Positions 11,726 through 22,463 are shown, numbered from the stretch's first letter. The stretch: DNA of 64,000 nt from Promethearchaeia archaeon (GCA_029856145.1 JAHQWK010000019.1:86516-150515), one strand, 5' to 3'. Notes: generated by a model not told the origin, from the letters alone. Numbers and translations are program-made.

Positions 11726-12529
11726 TTACTTTTTACTAAATTCAGTTAATTTAAGAAATGAATATTCTCCATCAGTATCAGGACCATTTTTTTGTATGTA
11801 CTTAAACATATTTTGTTGTAAAAAGTCTAACAAACCTTCAAGTACTTTATCACAAATGGACTTACATTCCAAATAGTTTGAATCACAATTGTTCTTAAAT
11901 TGTCTACAAAATTTTTTCATCTGTAATGATAATCCTTGAGCAGATAAAGTTGTTAAACTATCCCAAGTATCTTTAAATCCAGCTAAATGACTGGGAGGAG
12001 TTTGTTTTAATAAATCTATTAAATTATTCTTAGAAGAACTATTATTTAATCGATTTTTGAACACTTTAGCTTCTTTTTTAGCTTCAAGTTGACATAGAAA
12101 AACGTAATATTTAAGTAATTTTTCTGCTTCCTTTGTTTTTTCAGAATCAACAATCCTCCAACCATTAGCTCTTTTACAGCTTATGTCTTTATCTGATGAG
12201 CTAGAAAAGTTCGTAGGATAAATCCAGCATTGTGGAGGTTTAATTCCTGAGTTGTGGACTGAGCACCCTTTTATCTTATCATCGAATAAAAAACATTTTC
12301 CTTTTTTTTCGTCAAATCTTAATTTAAAACTGAATACATCACTTCTAATAAAATCTCTTCTATCAGCATAGCCTCGTTTAATATATTCCTCAGCTAATAC
12401 TTTTGGAACATTAATCTTGATCGAACAACAATCACCATTACATATATTTAAGCAATTTGGGCCCTCAATTGCTGATTTCATAAGGAAGTTAAATCTTCTG
12501 ACAACTTTCCAAAATATGTCGTTAACCAC
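11726..12529 (-). CDS. YkgJ/CxxCxxCC cysteine-cluster protein
   Basis: CLNICNGDCC ... CFLFD ... CSVH...KPPQCWIYP. Confidence 0.75.
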   Translation of the reverse strand: MVNDIFWKVVRRFNFLMKSAIEGPNCLNICNGDCCSIKINVPKVLAEEYIKRGYADRRDFIRSDVFSFKLRFDEKKGKCFLFDDKIKGCSVHNSGIKPPQCWIYPTNFSSSSDKDISCKRANGWRIVDSEKTKEAEKLLKYYVFLCQLEAKKEAKVFKNRLNNSSSKNNLIDLLKQTPPSHLAGFKDTWDSLTTLSAQGLSLQMKKFCRQFKNNCDSNYLECKSICDKVLEGLLDFLQQNMFKYIQKNGPDTDGEYSFLKLTEFSKK

Positions 12530-12713
12530 AGTATTTTTTCTTAATTTAATTATGACTTTAAATTAATAAGAGTGATTAAAATTTAAAAATGATATTTAAA
12601 ATATCTTTTCATCTACTAAAGTATAAAAAGATCAACTTTATTTTTTTATTATTACAAATTTTGTATAAAATTATTTCTAAATCTTAATAATACAAATATG
12701 AGAAGAGTATCGA

Positions 12714-14825
12714 ATGTCGCAAAATCTTATAGTTATAGATATTACCGATGAGGAACACATAATTCTTGATGGTTCGCAGAATCTAAAGGAAATTAAGGGA
12801 AATGGAACGCTTACTGTAAAAAATCCAACCCAAAGAAGTAGATTATGGAATTTATTATGTGATGTTAAAGAATATGTTAATACATCTATCGATTCAAAAG
12901 AATTAACAGTAGGAACATTGAATCCCACCCAGGAATTTGTTAGAGAATATGAAATAAGAGAGCTAAAAGACTCCTCTTTAAAAGTTGAGGAAATCTTTGA
13001 TACAGATAAATCCGATTCTGGTAAGGTAAATAATATATTTCTATATAATACAGATAACAAATGCAGTTTAAAACTCATACTTACAAATCCTTTGAATTTA
13101 CCTATCCTAGATATTAAAGTTAAAAGGAACATGCCAGCGTTTATTCAAGAAATCGAAATGAGGAATCCAAGTCACGGCGATGCAAATTTGAAAGAAGAAG
13201 AAGGTAATCGAGTCCTCTCTTGGGAGTTAACATCTTTAGATCCAGAAAGTAAAGCCGAGCTTGAAATATTCTTTACAGTAAATATAAAAGAATTGGCTAC
13301 TCAAGAGCTTGGAGTGTTAAATGTTAGTTATTTAATTAATAACTACAAATTAACAATGATGACCCCTGTTGTAAGAGGGTTAACAGATTCTATGAGTGGA
13401 ATTGATAGAGATGAGGGTTCTCAACCTGGTATGTGGGATTGTAATGTTGAATTTATTAATGAATCTGAATTCCAAGTAAAACTCGAAGATGCAAAGGTAA
13501 CTCAAAAGATTGCTACAGGTAGTGAAGTTGTTGTATCTCAAACACCGGATAGAGTTTTGAATCCTGATGAGTCTTGGGATTATGATTTTCAGGTAGAAGC
13601 AAAAGATGTCCCTGAACTAAGCTCGGAAATTGGCTCTACACCAATGTTTGTAGTGATTCCAAGAGTTGTTGGTGAAATTATAAAAGAATCCACTATATAC
13701 AATGTTTTATGTGCAACTATTGATAAAGAGATAAATCCGCCTGAAGTAGACGCATACGCTAATACTAATATGACAATTCAAAATGTGATAATAAATAATG
13801 GTTCTTCAACAATTGAGAAATTTTTCTTATCAGATGAGATTCCTACCGATTTTATTCCCCCCTTAGTTAAGGAAATTAAGATCCTATTAGGAGATATAGA
13901 TATAAGCTCAAGAGAAGAATTTGTTCAAAAAATACTAATTGATCCAAGTGATCAAGATTTTTCTAAAAAACATCAAATTTATGTTGAATTATTTAATCTT
14001 TCAAATGAATTTCTACCAGAGAAAAAGATGGTAATTTCATATCCTCTTTTAGCAAGAAATCCACGACCACCTACTGAAACAAACTATATGACCCCAGTAA
14101 AAATTGATATTAATAGTCCAGTGGAAGGTAAATCTTTCATTAAAATGCCAGATGAAGAGCCAGAACTAAAAGTTAGATACGTAAAACGTAAATTAAAGAC
14201 ACTTAAAAGCATTAAACCTGGATTATCCGAAGGAGAGTTCAGTATTGGAGTACGAGTTCAAAACAAAGGAGATGTTGAATTAGAAAATGTACTAGTTAAA
14301 GATATTATCCCTACTGGATTTAGTTTAACTGAATTTACACCTCCTGTTGGTGCCACTCATGAAGTCGTGCAAGTAGGTGATCTATCAGAATTACATGTAA
14401 AGGTTACTGAGATAAGTGGGGGTGCTTCTGTAAGTATTAACTATAATTGCTCTGGATCGGGTGATTATCCTAGGTCAGAACCTGTTATAATTGTTTTAGG
14501 GAGAGGTGGAGGAGAATCATCGAGTTCATCATCAGCTCCTCCAGCAGGCACAGAAACCCCAAAAGCTCATGTAGCAGATTCTCAAGCGGGAAAAATACAT
14601 GATCTATTCATTGAGTTTTATAAAGCTGTTGATCGCGCACCAACTGCTCAATCTTTTGGAGATATACTTGAAAGAAGAAGGGATGAATTACCCCCTGGAC
14701 CAGTTCTTCATCAAATTCTAGCCTATTCTAAGGAATTAAAAACTCTTGGCGATAAAATTATTGTTGGTTCATTATATGATGAAGTAATGAATAAGTTAAA
14801 GGAATTTAAAAGCAAATATGCCTAA
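12714..14825 (+). CDS. Large cytosolic multi-beta-sandwich protein; N-terminus resembles a mu-homology domain, later repeats are DUF11-like
   Basis: No signal peptide or TM segment. Repeated V.N.G...L..V.V.D.IP.GF strands, a Ser/Pro-rich linker and a helical C-terminal domain. Confidence 0.5.
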   Translation: MSQNLIVIDITDEEHIILDGSQNLKEIKGNGTLTVKNPTQRSRLWNLLCDVKEYVNTSIDSKELTVGTLNPTQEFVREYEIRELKDSSLKVEEIFDTDKSDSGKVNNIFLYNTDNKCSLKLILTNPLNLPILDIKVKRNMPAFIQEIEMRNPSHGDANLKEEEGNRVLSWELTSLDPESKAELEIFFTVNIKELATQELGVLNVSYLINNYKLTMMTPVVRGLTDSMSGIDRDEGSQPGMWDCNVEFINESEFQVKLEDAKVTQKIATGSEVVVSQTPDRVLNPDESWDYDFQVEAKDVPELSSEIGSTPMFVVIPRVVGEIIKESTIYNVLCATIDKEINPPEVDAYANTNMTIQNVIINNGSSTIEKFFLSDEIPTDFIPPLVKEIKILLGDIDISSREEFVQKILIDPSDQDFSKKHQIYVELFNLSNEFLPEKKMVISYPLLARNPRPPTETNYMTPVKIDINSPVEGKSFIKMPDEEPELKVRYVKRKLKTLKSIKPGLSEGEFSIGVRVQNKGDVELENVLVKDIIPTGFSLTEFTPPVGATHEVVQVGDLSELHVKVTEISGGASVSINYNCSGSGDYPRSEPVIIVLGRGGGESSSSSSAPPAGTETPKAHVADSQAGKIHDLFIEFYKAVDRAPTAQSFGDILERRRDELPPGPVLHQILAYSKELKTLGDKIIVGSLYDEVMNKLKEFKSKYA

Positions 14826-14924
14826 TTTTTTTTAATTTCAATTTAAAGATTTTTTTATTTTTTTCTCTTTTTTTAGTACTCCTAATAATAAAAATATAAA
14901 AAAATATCAAAAATAGGTTGAGAG

Positions 14925-15278
14925 TTATAAATACATATTTAGCTTATCGATATCCTCCTGAATTCGTGATATACGCTTCTTTTTTCCACCTTCTTCATCA
15001 AATCCTTGTATATCTTCTTCTAAATTCAACTGTTCTTCTTCATATGCTTTTTCAACTTCCATTCCGTACCTCATGGCAAATGCTACTAATTCCGGAATTA
15101 GAGAAACCATAGCTCTAAAACTAAAAATCCCTGCTAATACTGACAGTCTATTTATCATTTCACCAAAAGGTTCTAAATTCATTTTGGGGTTTCTCATGAT
15201 ATCCATTATCCTTTTAAATAACACTTCGTAGAATAATTCCTGTTCTTCTTTACTTAAATTTTCTTCTTCCTCTTCCAT
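14925..15278 (-). CDS. Acidic hypothetical protein
   Basis: 117-aa ORF with protein-like composition and an upstream AGGT site; no recognised motif. Confidence 0.7.
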   Translation of the reverse strand: MEEEEENLSKEEQELFYEVLFKRIMDIMRNPKMNLEPFGEMINRLSVLAGIFSFRAMVSLIPELVAFAMRYGMEVEKAYEEEQLNLEEDIQGFDEEGGKKKRISRIQEDIDKLNMYL

Positions 15279-15439
15279 TATAATTACCTTGAGTTTTATA
15301 TAATATTATTAAATTAAGAAATAAATTTAATTGATTTTAATCAGCATTATCCTATATAAAAATTATCTTAATTTTTTTTGAATTATAAAATAGAATCGAT
15401 ATTCATTAAAAGTAGTTTAACCTTGTATTAATTAACATT

Positions 15440-16078
15440 ATGCTTTTAATAACGATTATTCTACTAGTAATTTTCTTATTTAATCTTGTAGTTTATTGGG
15501 TAATCTTTCTTAAAGTAAAGAAAAAAGAAAAAAAAATAGTTAAATTATTTTATAAAATTTTTCCTCTGATTTGGACATTATCTTTAGTACCAGTACCTAT
15601 TATCAATTCAAGCTTTTTAAAATTGTATTTCCCTAATAATTATAGTTATTTTGATCAATATTGGCTTTTATTTGCTTTATTTGGTATTGCACTAATTATT
15701 ATTGGTATAATTTTTGCTAGAAGAGCAAATAAAGTATATAAGGTTAAATCAATGGATAAAAATAGCTCTAACTTAATTACTAAAGGAATTTTTAAATTAA
15801 TAAGACATCCTGTATATTCAGCATGGGGAATTATCTTTTTAGGAATTGCTATCATCTCAGATTCACTTATTTCTTTGATAATTAGTTCTTTAATTTTTAT
15901 TATTTTAGAAATAAACGCTATAATAGAAGAAAAACTAATCCTAATCCCAAAATATGGTAAAACCTATGAAAACTACAAAACAAAAACACCAAATCGGATA
16001 ATACCAACACCTCTAAATCTTTTTTTAATAATTATCACAATTATAATTGTGTATGTAGGCTTTCTAAATTTTAATTAG
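15440..16078 (+). CDS. ICMT/PEMT-family membrane methyltransferase
   Basis: Multiple TM helices; LITKGIFKLIRHPVY, EEKL and YENYKTKTPNRIIP. Confidence 0.85.
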   Translation: MLLITIILLVIFLFNLVVYWVIFLKVKKKEKKIVKLFYKIFPLIWTLSLVPVPIINSSFLKLYFPNNYSYFDQYWLLFALFGIALIIIGIIFARRANKVYKVKSMDKNSSNLITKGIFKLIRHPVYSAWGIIFLGIAIISDSLISLIISSLIFIILEINAIIEEKLILIPKYGKTYENYKTKTPNRIIPTPLNLFLIIITIIIVYVGFLNFN

Positions 16079-16154
16079 AACTCATGATTAGTATAATAAA
16101 TATTCTATAACATATAATATGAAAAAGGAAATACCCTATAGTATATTAGGTTAT

Positions 16155-17378
16155 TTAATATAAGGTTTTAATCTGACTTATATCCTCTTTAAGGATTTCT
16201 AAGAATAAGTTTATCTGGTCTATTTGTTTATTAATTATCTCTATTTTTTTATCTATAATCTCTGAATCTAATAAATTCTTTTTATCTAATTCTTTTCTTA
16301 CAATAGTATACGATCTTATTTGATTTAATATATTTTGCATTCTTTTTATCTTAATTTGAAATAATTTCTTATATTTTTTCAGATCTTCGAGCTTTATTTC
16401 AATACTTTCAATATAATTGAAGCATTTTTCAATATTTTCTTCTTTCTTTAAATTTTTAATAATTAATTTAATACTCATTAAATATGTTAACACTAACTCT
16501 TTTTGTTTTTTATCAATTGATTCAATTTCAATATCGGATCCTGGACCTACTTCATCTAGTATGTCTGAAGTATATTTAATGTTAATTTTATTTGGAAATT
16601 TATTTAAAGCCTCGGATGATTTATTTGATTCTTTTAATATTTCAGTTTCATCAAAATCAGTTAATAGTTCTAATTCATCCACTTCTACTTTTGTAATTAA
16701 TGGCGAAAATTTTACTTGAAGCTGTTTTTTACCAAAATATTCATCCTTTTGTCTTAAAATTTGAGTATATATTTGGATAAATTCTTGCCCAATCGGAGCG
16801 AATAAAACTCCTCCGGTTTCATCAAGTTGATTTAATAGAGGGTTAATTTTCGATTGCTCAATTGCTCCAGTTATTAAAATTTTCTGCCAAGGACTTAATT
16901 CTGGCATCCCTTGTAAAGGGTTTTTAACAACAATAGAGATGCTATCATTTAATTTTAACTTTTTAAGATTTTTAGAAGTAATTTTAGCAATTTCAGAATT
17001 TGCCTCAAGAATAATAATTTCTCCCTTAGGGGCTAATTTATGCGCTAATGCTGCGATATACCCACTTTTCGCGCCTAGTATTAATAAATCATCATTATCA
17101 GTTAAAGAAAGTCCTTGAAGCATAATTGATATCATATGAGGCGCAGAGATAGTCCTATAATTATTAGGATTTTGCTCATCATAATAAAATAGGTTTGGTA
17201 CATCTTCATAAAGTTTGACGATGCTGAAGAATTTATCAGGGATAAACTTTTCTAAAGGAACTTCCATAAAAGCCTTTATTAATCGCTTATCTTTTAAAAT
17301 GTCATTTAAAACTAAAGAATCTACGAGACGTTTCTTCTTTAATTTTAATTTTTCATAGAGTCTTTCGTTTCTGTCCAA
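16155..17378 (-). CDS. Protein-L-isoaspartate O-methyltransferase-like protein with C-terminal helical extension
   Basis: VPLEKFIP, TISAPHMI, LILGAKSGYIAAL, PWQKILITGA, GGVLFAPIG and VKFSPL, followed by about 150 aa of K/E-rich helix. Confidence 0.8.
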   Translation of the reverse strand: MDRNERLYEKLKLKKKRLVDSLVLNDILKDKRLIKAFMEVPLEKFIPDKFFSIVKLYEDVPNLFYYDEQNPNNYRTISAPHMISIMLQGLSLTDNDDLLILGAKSGYIAALAHKLAPKGEIIILEANSEIAKITSKNLKKLKLNDSISIVVKNPLQGMPELSPWQKILITGAIEQSKINPLLNQLDETGGVLFAPIGQEFIQIYTQILRQKDEYFGKKQLQVKFSPLITKVEVDELELLTDFDETEILKESNKSSEALNKFPNKINIKYTSDILDEVGPGSDIEIESIDKKQKELVLTYLMSIKLIIKNLKKEENIEKCFNYIESIEIKLEDLKKYKKLFQIKIKRMQNILNQIRSYTIVRKELDKKNLLDSEIIDKKIEIINKQIDQINLFLEILKEDISQIKTLY

Positions 17379-17475
17379 AATTATATCAACTTTTTATGCT
17401 AAAAAAATAATATAAAAACAAATTATTATATTTTGTTATAATTTTTTTTAACTATTTTAATAGGTCTCTTTCAAT

Positions 17476-18060
17476 ATGATGGTACTAGATGCTGAGAATT
17501 TGAAAGATGCAAAATTAACACTTACTTTAATCTTCATTAATGTTATTCTTTTTTTCTTCATTAATTTTGCTCCGCCAGAAATTTTCCTAGCTCTTGTACA
17601 AGATAATAGAAATATCATTGAAAACTTTGAAGTCTGGAGGTTAATCACCTCAGTTTTTGTTCATGCTGATCCGATGCATCTTTTTTCTAATATGATTGCT
17701 CTCCTATTGTTTGGTGCTACTGTTGAAACTAATACTAATATAACTAAAATATACTACTTAATTATTTATTTTGTCTCAGGGTTAATTGGTAGTATATTTT
17801 CATTATTGCTGCTTCCAATAAATTCAATTAGCTTAGGTGCTTCAGGGGCTATTTTTGGATTAATCGGAGTTGCATTTATAATTGTAGCAACCGATTATCG
17901 CCCTCTCTTAATTTTTGCTCTATTTTATGTTGGGTTTTTCATTATAACCTCTTTTTCACCAGGTATTAATTATTGGGCTCATATATTTGGTTTATTAGGG
18001 GGACTTCTATTTGGTTATTTATTCTATACACGTAAAAGAAAAATCAAATTCGATTATTGA
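17476..18060 (+). CDS. Rhomboid intramembrane serine protease
   Basis: WRLITSVFVH, HLFSN, GASGAIFG and AHIFGLLGG. Confidence 0.93.
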   Translation: MMVLDAENLKDAKLTLTLIFINVILFFFINFAPPEIFLALVQDNRNIIENFEVWRLITSVFVHADPMHLFSNMIALLLFGATVETNTNITKIYYLIIYFVSGLIGSIFSLLLLPINSISLGASGAIFGLIGVAFIIVATDYRPLLIFALFYVGFFIITSFSPGINYWAHIFGLLGGLLFGYLFYTRKRKIKFDY

Positions 18061-18112
18061 CTATATTTAGATAAGATTTTCTTCTAAAGAATTCGTTTTA
18101 GTTCAATATCAT

Positions 18113-18778
18113 TTATTCTTTTTTCTTTTTCTTTTTCTTTGCTAATTCCATACTAAAATCTTTTGGACAAATATCTTTGATTACACATATCTCACATTTT
18201 GGGCGGATCGATACACATATTTGTTGTCCAAACCTTACAAATAATCTGTTTAATTTTAACCAAAGTTCCTTTGGAACTGTTTTCTTTAATGCTACTTCTG
18301 TTTGTAAAGGATTTTTTGTTTTTACCCAACCTAATCTGTTGCTTATACGGTTTACGTGAACATCCACTGGAATTGCTGGTATTTTAAAAGCGTAAACCAA
18401 AACACAATTTGCTGTTTTGCTTCCTACACCAGGTAAATCGATTAAGTTCTCATAATTTTCAGGCACTTTACTGTTGTATTTTTTAATTAAAACATTCGAG
18501 ACTTCTTTTATTCGAGCAGCTTTAACCTTATAAAAACCTGAGCTTTTTACAAGCGGTTCAATATCTTCAATATCTGCTTCAGAGAGTGATTTTGGATTGT
18601 TATATTTAGCAAATAATTTTTCAGTCGCTATTCTTGTATTTGCATCTCTAGTGCGTGCTGATAATATAGTTGAGATTAAGATTTTAAAAGGATCTTGCTT
18701 CTTATTAGCTAACTCATCTAAATGAGCTTCTCCTTCCAGTTGTGTCTCAATTTTATCTAAAATCTCTTTATAACTCAT
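18113..18778 (-). CDS. nth: Endonuclease III
   Basis: HhH motif LPGVGSKTA, PVDVHVNR, and C-terminal [4Fe-4S] C-x6-C-x2-C-x5-C. Confidence 0.95.
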   Translation of the reverse strand: MSYKEILDKIETQLEGEAHLDELANKKQDPFKILISTILSARTRDANTRIATEKLFAKYNNPKSLSEADIEDIEPLVKSSGFYKVKAARIKEVSNVLIKKYNSKVPENYENLIDLPGVGSKTANCVLVYAFKIPAIPVDVHVNRISNRLGWVKTKNPLQTEVALKKTVPKELWLKLNRLFVRFGQQICVSIRPKCEICVIKDICPKDFSMELAKKKKKKKE

Positions 18779-20190
18779 TTTTCTTCAATTTTTTCTAAGA
18801 CATATAGTTTCCTTTTTATTATTTGTCCTTTTTTAGCATCAATAATACTTTTGATATGTTGTTTGCGAAACTTAAGTTTCTGATTAAATTTATTAGGAAT
18901 CCTATTGAGGTCTAATATTGGTACGAGTCTAAAGTTATTTTTATTAGCAATTTTTTCAATATTAACTTGCAAGTTATTTCCATCCAAAGTGCTAATAATG
19001 GGAGAAATAAAACATATTCTAGAATTAGTTTTTATTATTTTATACGCTTCTCTGAAAAACTCATCATATAGAGGAGTCAATTCTGTATCTATTAATTCTT
19101 TAACTTGTGAATAATATGGTTTTTCGGTGTAAAAAGGTGCGAATTCTGGTTCAGTGCATATACCATCAAAAAAATAAGGTTCAAAAATACTAGATATCTT
19201 TCTCGCATTCTGTTTTAAAATTCTTTGATGAGTAAACGGAGGTATTTCTTCTTCTAAAAACTCTAATAACCAATGAATATTGCGAATGGTATTATTCACT
19301 TTCTGAATGTCTTTATCCGAGCCATATATTTGAAAATCTTGTATTATAGCGAATAAAGTAATTGTTCCATTTCCAACAAAGGGATCAAGAATCTTCTTGC
19401 TTTGTCTATTTTCAAATAAATTCAAAAAATTTAACATAATTAAAGAAAGTTTAGGAGAAATTGCACTTTTAAATTCTTTATGGGGTTTTTCCTCATCAAT
19501 TTGCTTTTTAAAATTAGGGTCATCTGTAGTAAATGTTCTTGCAATGTATAAACCTTCTTCTGTAAAGCCAAAAATTATTTCTGCTCTATTTTCTTTAAGA
19601 AGCTCAAATCTAATTACATGATGTGGAAATATTGGATTCAAATTGCCTGATTTGATGTATTTTTCTGGATACTGATAATATAAGGCTTTTACGGCTCCCT
19701 TTTGTTTAAGTATTTCCATTATTTCTTTATTTAGAAATGGTAAAAGATGCTTAACTAGAACTTCCGAATAATATTCATCATCATAAAGATTAGGATAAAT
19801 TGATACAGCAAAAAACATACTTTCATAAACTTTCGGAAATATTCCCTTTTTCCCAATAATGATGTTATCAATAATAGCTAGGATCTTCTTTCTTATTTTT
19901 TCAACATATCTAAATTCACTAATTTGAACTGGAAAAGCATCTTGAATTGTATTAATGTCAATGAAATCATAAATTTGTGCAATCTTTTGGCATCCTCCCA
20001 AAATAAATTGGATTTCCATGAGTTTATTAATGTAATGTTTGTCTTGATGTAATTTTTCGAACTCTACTATTGCTATATTAGCAGAATAATCTATAATCTT
20101 CCCTTGATTTGAGGAATATTTGAGATAATTATCTAATTCTGCAATTGAGAGTTGCCAATTTGAACCTAAAACAAAAATAAATCTTTCCAT
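18775..20190 (-). CDS. Trm11-like SAM-dependent RNA methyltransferase
   Basis: AISPKLSLIMLN, ILDPFVGNGT, YGSD and DGICTEP; long N-terminal region. Confidence 0.7.
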   Translation of the reverse strand: MERFIFVLGSNWQLSIAELDNYLKYSSNQGKIIDYSANIAIVEFEKLHQDKHYINKLMEIQFILGGCQKIAQIYDFIDINTIQDAFPVQISEFRYVEKIRKKILAIIDNIIIGKKGIFPKVYESMFFAVSIYPNLYDDEYYSEVLVKHLLPFLNKEIMEILKQKGAVKALYYQYPEKYIKSGNLNPIFPHHVIRFELLKENRAEIIFGFTEEGLYIARTFTTDDPNFKKQIDEEKPHKEFKSAISPKLSLIMLNFLNLFENRQSKKILDPFVGNGTITLFAIIQDFQIYGSDKDIQKVNNTIRNIHWLLEFLEEEIPPFTHQRILKQNARKISSIFEPYFFDGICTEPEFAPFYTEKPYYSQVKELIDTELTPLYDEFFREAYKIIKTNSRICFISPIISTLDGNNLQVNIEKIANKNNFRLVPILDLNRIPNKFNQKLKFRKQHIKSIIDAKKGQIIKRKLYVLEKIEEK

Positions 20191-20247
20191 AATTAGAAAA
20201 AAAATTAATTAAATAGTAAAAGAACAGATTAAATTTCTATTTTATTG

Positions 20248-21507
20248 TTAACTTTTATACTTCTTTTCTATCCATTCTTTAAAAGCTATTGTAGCTTTTC
20301 CGTGCCATATGGCTTTCTTCGGGAAGCCTTTTTCAAAATCAATAATGTCCTGATTCGTGTAGTCTAACGAATCTATTTCATTACCCTCCTCAATCTCTTC
20401 TTTGTCTAAATCTATAGAAATCTCATACTTCTCTCCAGTAATATCCTCTAAAGCACTCATAATATCTTCAAGATCTTCTCTCTTTCTGACATCAACAGGT
20501 ACTTTTTCCAATACTTTATCTTCAACAATTTCTTCTTTTTCTGCTTCTTTAATAGTTTTTTCATATGCTTTTCGTTTTTCTAATCGCTCTAATCTTAATT
20601 TTTTTATTTCCTCAATAATCCCATTATAATTATCCTTGAAGTATTTTAAACTTACATTAATGAGATCTGAAACATTGTCCCATTTTTCCTTTTTAACAAT
20701 ATCTTCCACCCAATAATATAAATCCATATTTAATTCGACTGTTACGGGTTTACCTTCAGAATCTAAGCTCCCTATCAAAAAACTCAGAATACTAGCTATT
20801 AAAATATCATTATCAAGAGCAGAAAAACCATACTCACGAGCAAGAGACGAGAATATACTAAAATTTCCAAACCCAACGACTTTACCTTTATAATATTCTA
20901 CAACAACCATTAATGGAATTTTAGGACTATCTTCTTCAATCCAATATTCTCCATTATACCGTTTACGCCAACAGTTTAATCCAGACTGTAATAACCAATC
21001 TATTTTTATATTCTTCTCATCTTCAACAAAATCTAAGATTTGAGTTGAACAAGAACTTGAAAACACTACTTTTTTTAAATTTTCTGTTATTACATGAGGT
21101 TTAAATGCATTTATTAATGGTCTTTTTTGAAGATTTATATAATTCACAGAGTCTTGTATCTCGTCTGAAACAAACTCGAATCCGAATTTTCTCGTTAGCT
21201 CATTTAAATTAGTGCTATTCGTATAATCTCCTCCCGTTGAGCTAACAACTAAAAGACTTCCTCCATTTTTTACATAATTTTCAAGAATTTTAATCTCATT
21301 TGGCTGTAATTTTGTGTTTTTTGGTGTTGAAAGAATTATCATATTATATTTCTTCAGCTCATTTATAGAATTAAATCCTGATTCTATTTTCCCTAATTTA
21401 TATCCAGAAGTGAATAAAAACTGTGTAAATTCACCGAAACTGGGTGATTCTAAGGTTAAAATATTATTATGAGAATAATCAAAGGCAATACTAGTCTTTC
21501 CATTCAA
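20248..21507 (-). CDS. GIFT (DUF4350/IFT52/GldG-like) domain protein with RHH-like and acidic C-terminal regions
   Basis: FDYSHNN, YVKNGGSLLV, LNELTRKFGFEF, KGKVVGFG and DNDILI, then VTVELNMDLYYWVEDIV...NVSDLINVSLKYF. Confidence 0.7.
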   Translation of the reverse strand: MNGKTSIAFDYSHNNILTLESPSFGEFTQFLFTSGYKLGKIESGFNSINELKKYNMIILSTPKNTKLQPNEIKILENYVKNGGSLLVVSSTGGDYTNSTNLNELTRKFGFEFVSDEIQDSVNYINLQKRPLINAFKPHVITENLKKVVFSSSCSTQILDFVEDEKNIKIDWLLQSGLNCWRKRYNGEYWIEEDSPKIPLMVVVEYYKGKVVGFGNFSIFSSLAREYGFSALDNDILIASILSFLIGSLDSEGKPVTVELNMDLYYWVEDIVKKEKWDNVSDLINVSLKYFKDNYNGIIEEIKKLRLERLEKRKAYEKTIKEAEKEEIVEDKVLEKVPVDVRKREDLEDIMSALEDITGEKYEISIDLDKEEIEEGNEIDSLDYTNQDIIDFEKGFPKKAIWHGKATIAFKEWIEKKYKS

Positions 21508-21602
21508 TTTTGTTCATACTCATTAATTATATATTTAAATAAAAATTAGTGCACTCTTCTTATTTCTATATATGATATATTTCTTCTATTCTATAAATAA
21601 AA

Positions 21603-22463
21603 TTATCTAAATTTTAAACACAAAATATCTAGAACAACATGAAATAAATGAGGGCCATAACTTTTTACCGTCCTATGTGATTTTAATTCACAATTATAAC
21701 CTTCCTTAAAAGCGATTTCGTTAAATCCTTTAAATAGAACACTAAAATTATCTTTCTCTACCACCCCTTCATAATGAAACATCGTTCCTTTATCTTTCAC
21801 TAAAATTAAAGCTTTTTTTATGTAATCTTTAGGTGCAGGAAAAACACCCATGATTACCCTGTCAGCTCTAATTCCAGATTCACTAAGTTTTTCAACCTCA
21901 ATCTTACAATTTCCTTTTATTGGTATAATTTTATCAATTAAATGATTTATTCTTATATTTTCAACTAAGCATTTATATGATTCAGGGTTAAGCTCAATAC
22001 TATAGATTTTTTTTACTGAAGAATGTTTCGCTATTGGTAGTGAAAAATATCCCATACCTGCAAACATATCTATGATAACTTCTCCACTTTTTACAAGTGT
22101 TGCGAGATATCTTCTTTCATTAATATTACCTTTACTAAACATAAGTTTAGTTATATCGAACTTATATATCACATTATGCTCTTTATGCTCGACAATAGGA
22201 TTATCTTTTCCTCCTATTAATTCAATTTTTTCTGGTTCTCTAAAGGCCCCCACTATTTTACCTCTGTTTACATAAACCGATCTTACTCTTGGCAACAATT
22301 CTAGGTATGCCTTAGCAATACAGCTTTCCTTATTAAATAATTTCTGATTCAACTTTAAGATTATAATATTTCCCAAAGTCTGGAAGCCACGTGGAAGAAG
22401 CGAGAGTTCTTCTTCCTTTAAAAAATCTTTTAAACTTTCTTTCAGCTTCTTTTTAAAGTTCAT
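21603..22463 (-). CDS. Trm5/TYW2-family tRNA-modifying SAM enzyme
   Basis: EHKEHNVIYKFD, MFSKGNINER, DMFAGMGYFS, ELNP, ADRVIMG and VKSYGP. Confidence 0.88.
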   Translation of the reverse strand: MNFKKKLKESLKDFLKEEELSLLPRGFQTLGNIIILKLNQKLFNKESCIAKAYLELLPRVRSVYVNRGKIVGAFREPEKIELIGGKDNPIVEHKEHNVIYKFDITKLMFSKGNINERRYLATLVKSGEVIIDMFAGMGYFSLPIAKHSSVKKIYSIELNPESYKCLVENIRINHLIDKIIPIKGNCKIEVEKLSESGIRADRVIMGVFPAPKDYIKKALILVKDKGTMFHYEGVVEKDNFSVLFKGFNEIAFKEGYNCELKSHRTVKSYGPHLFHVVLDILCLKFR

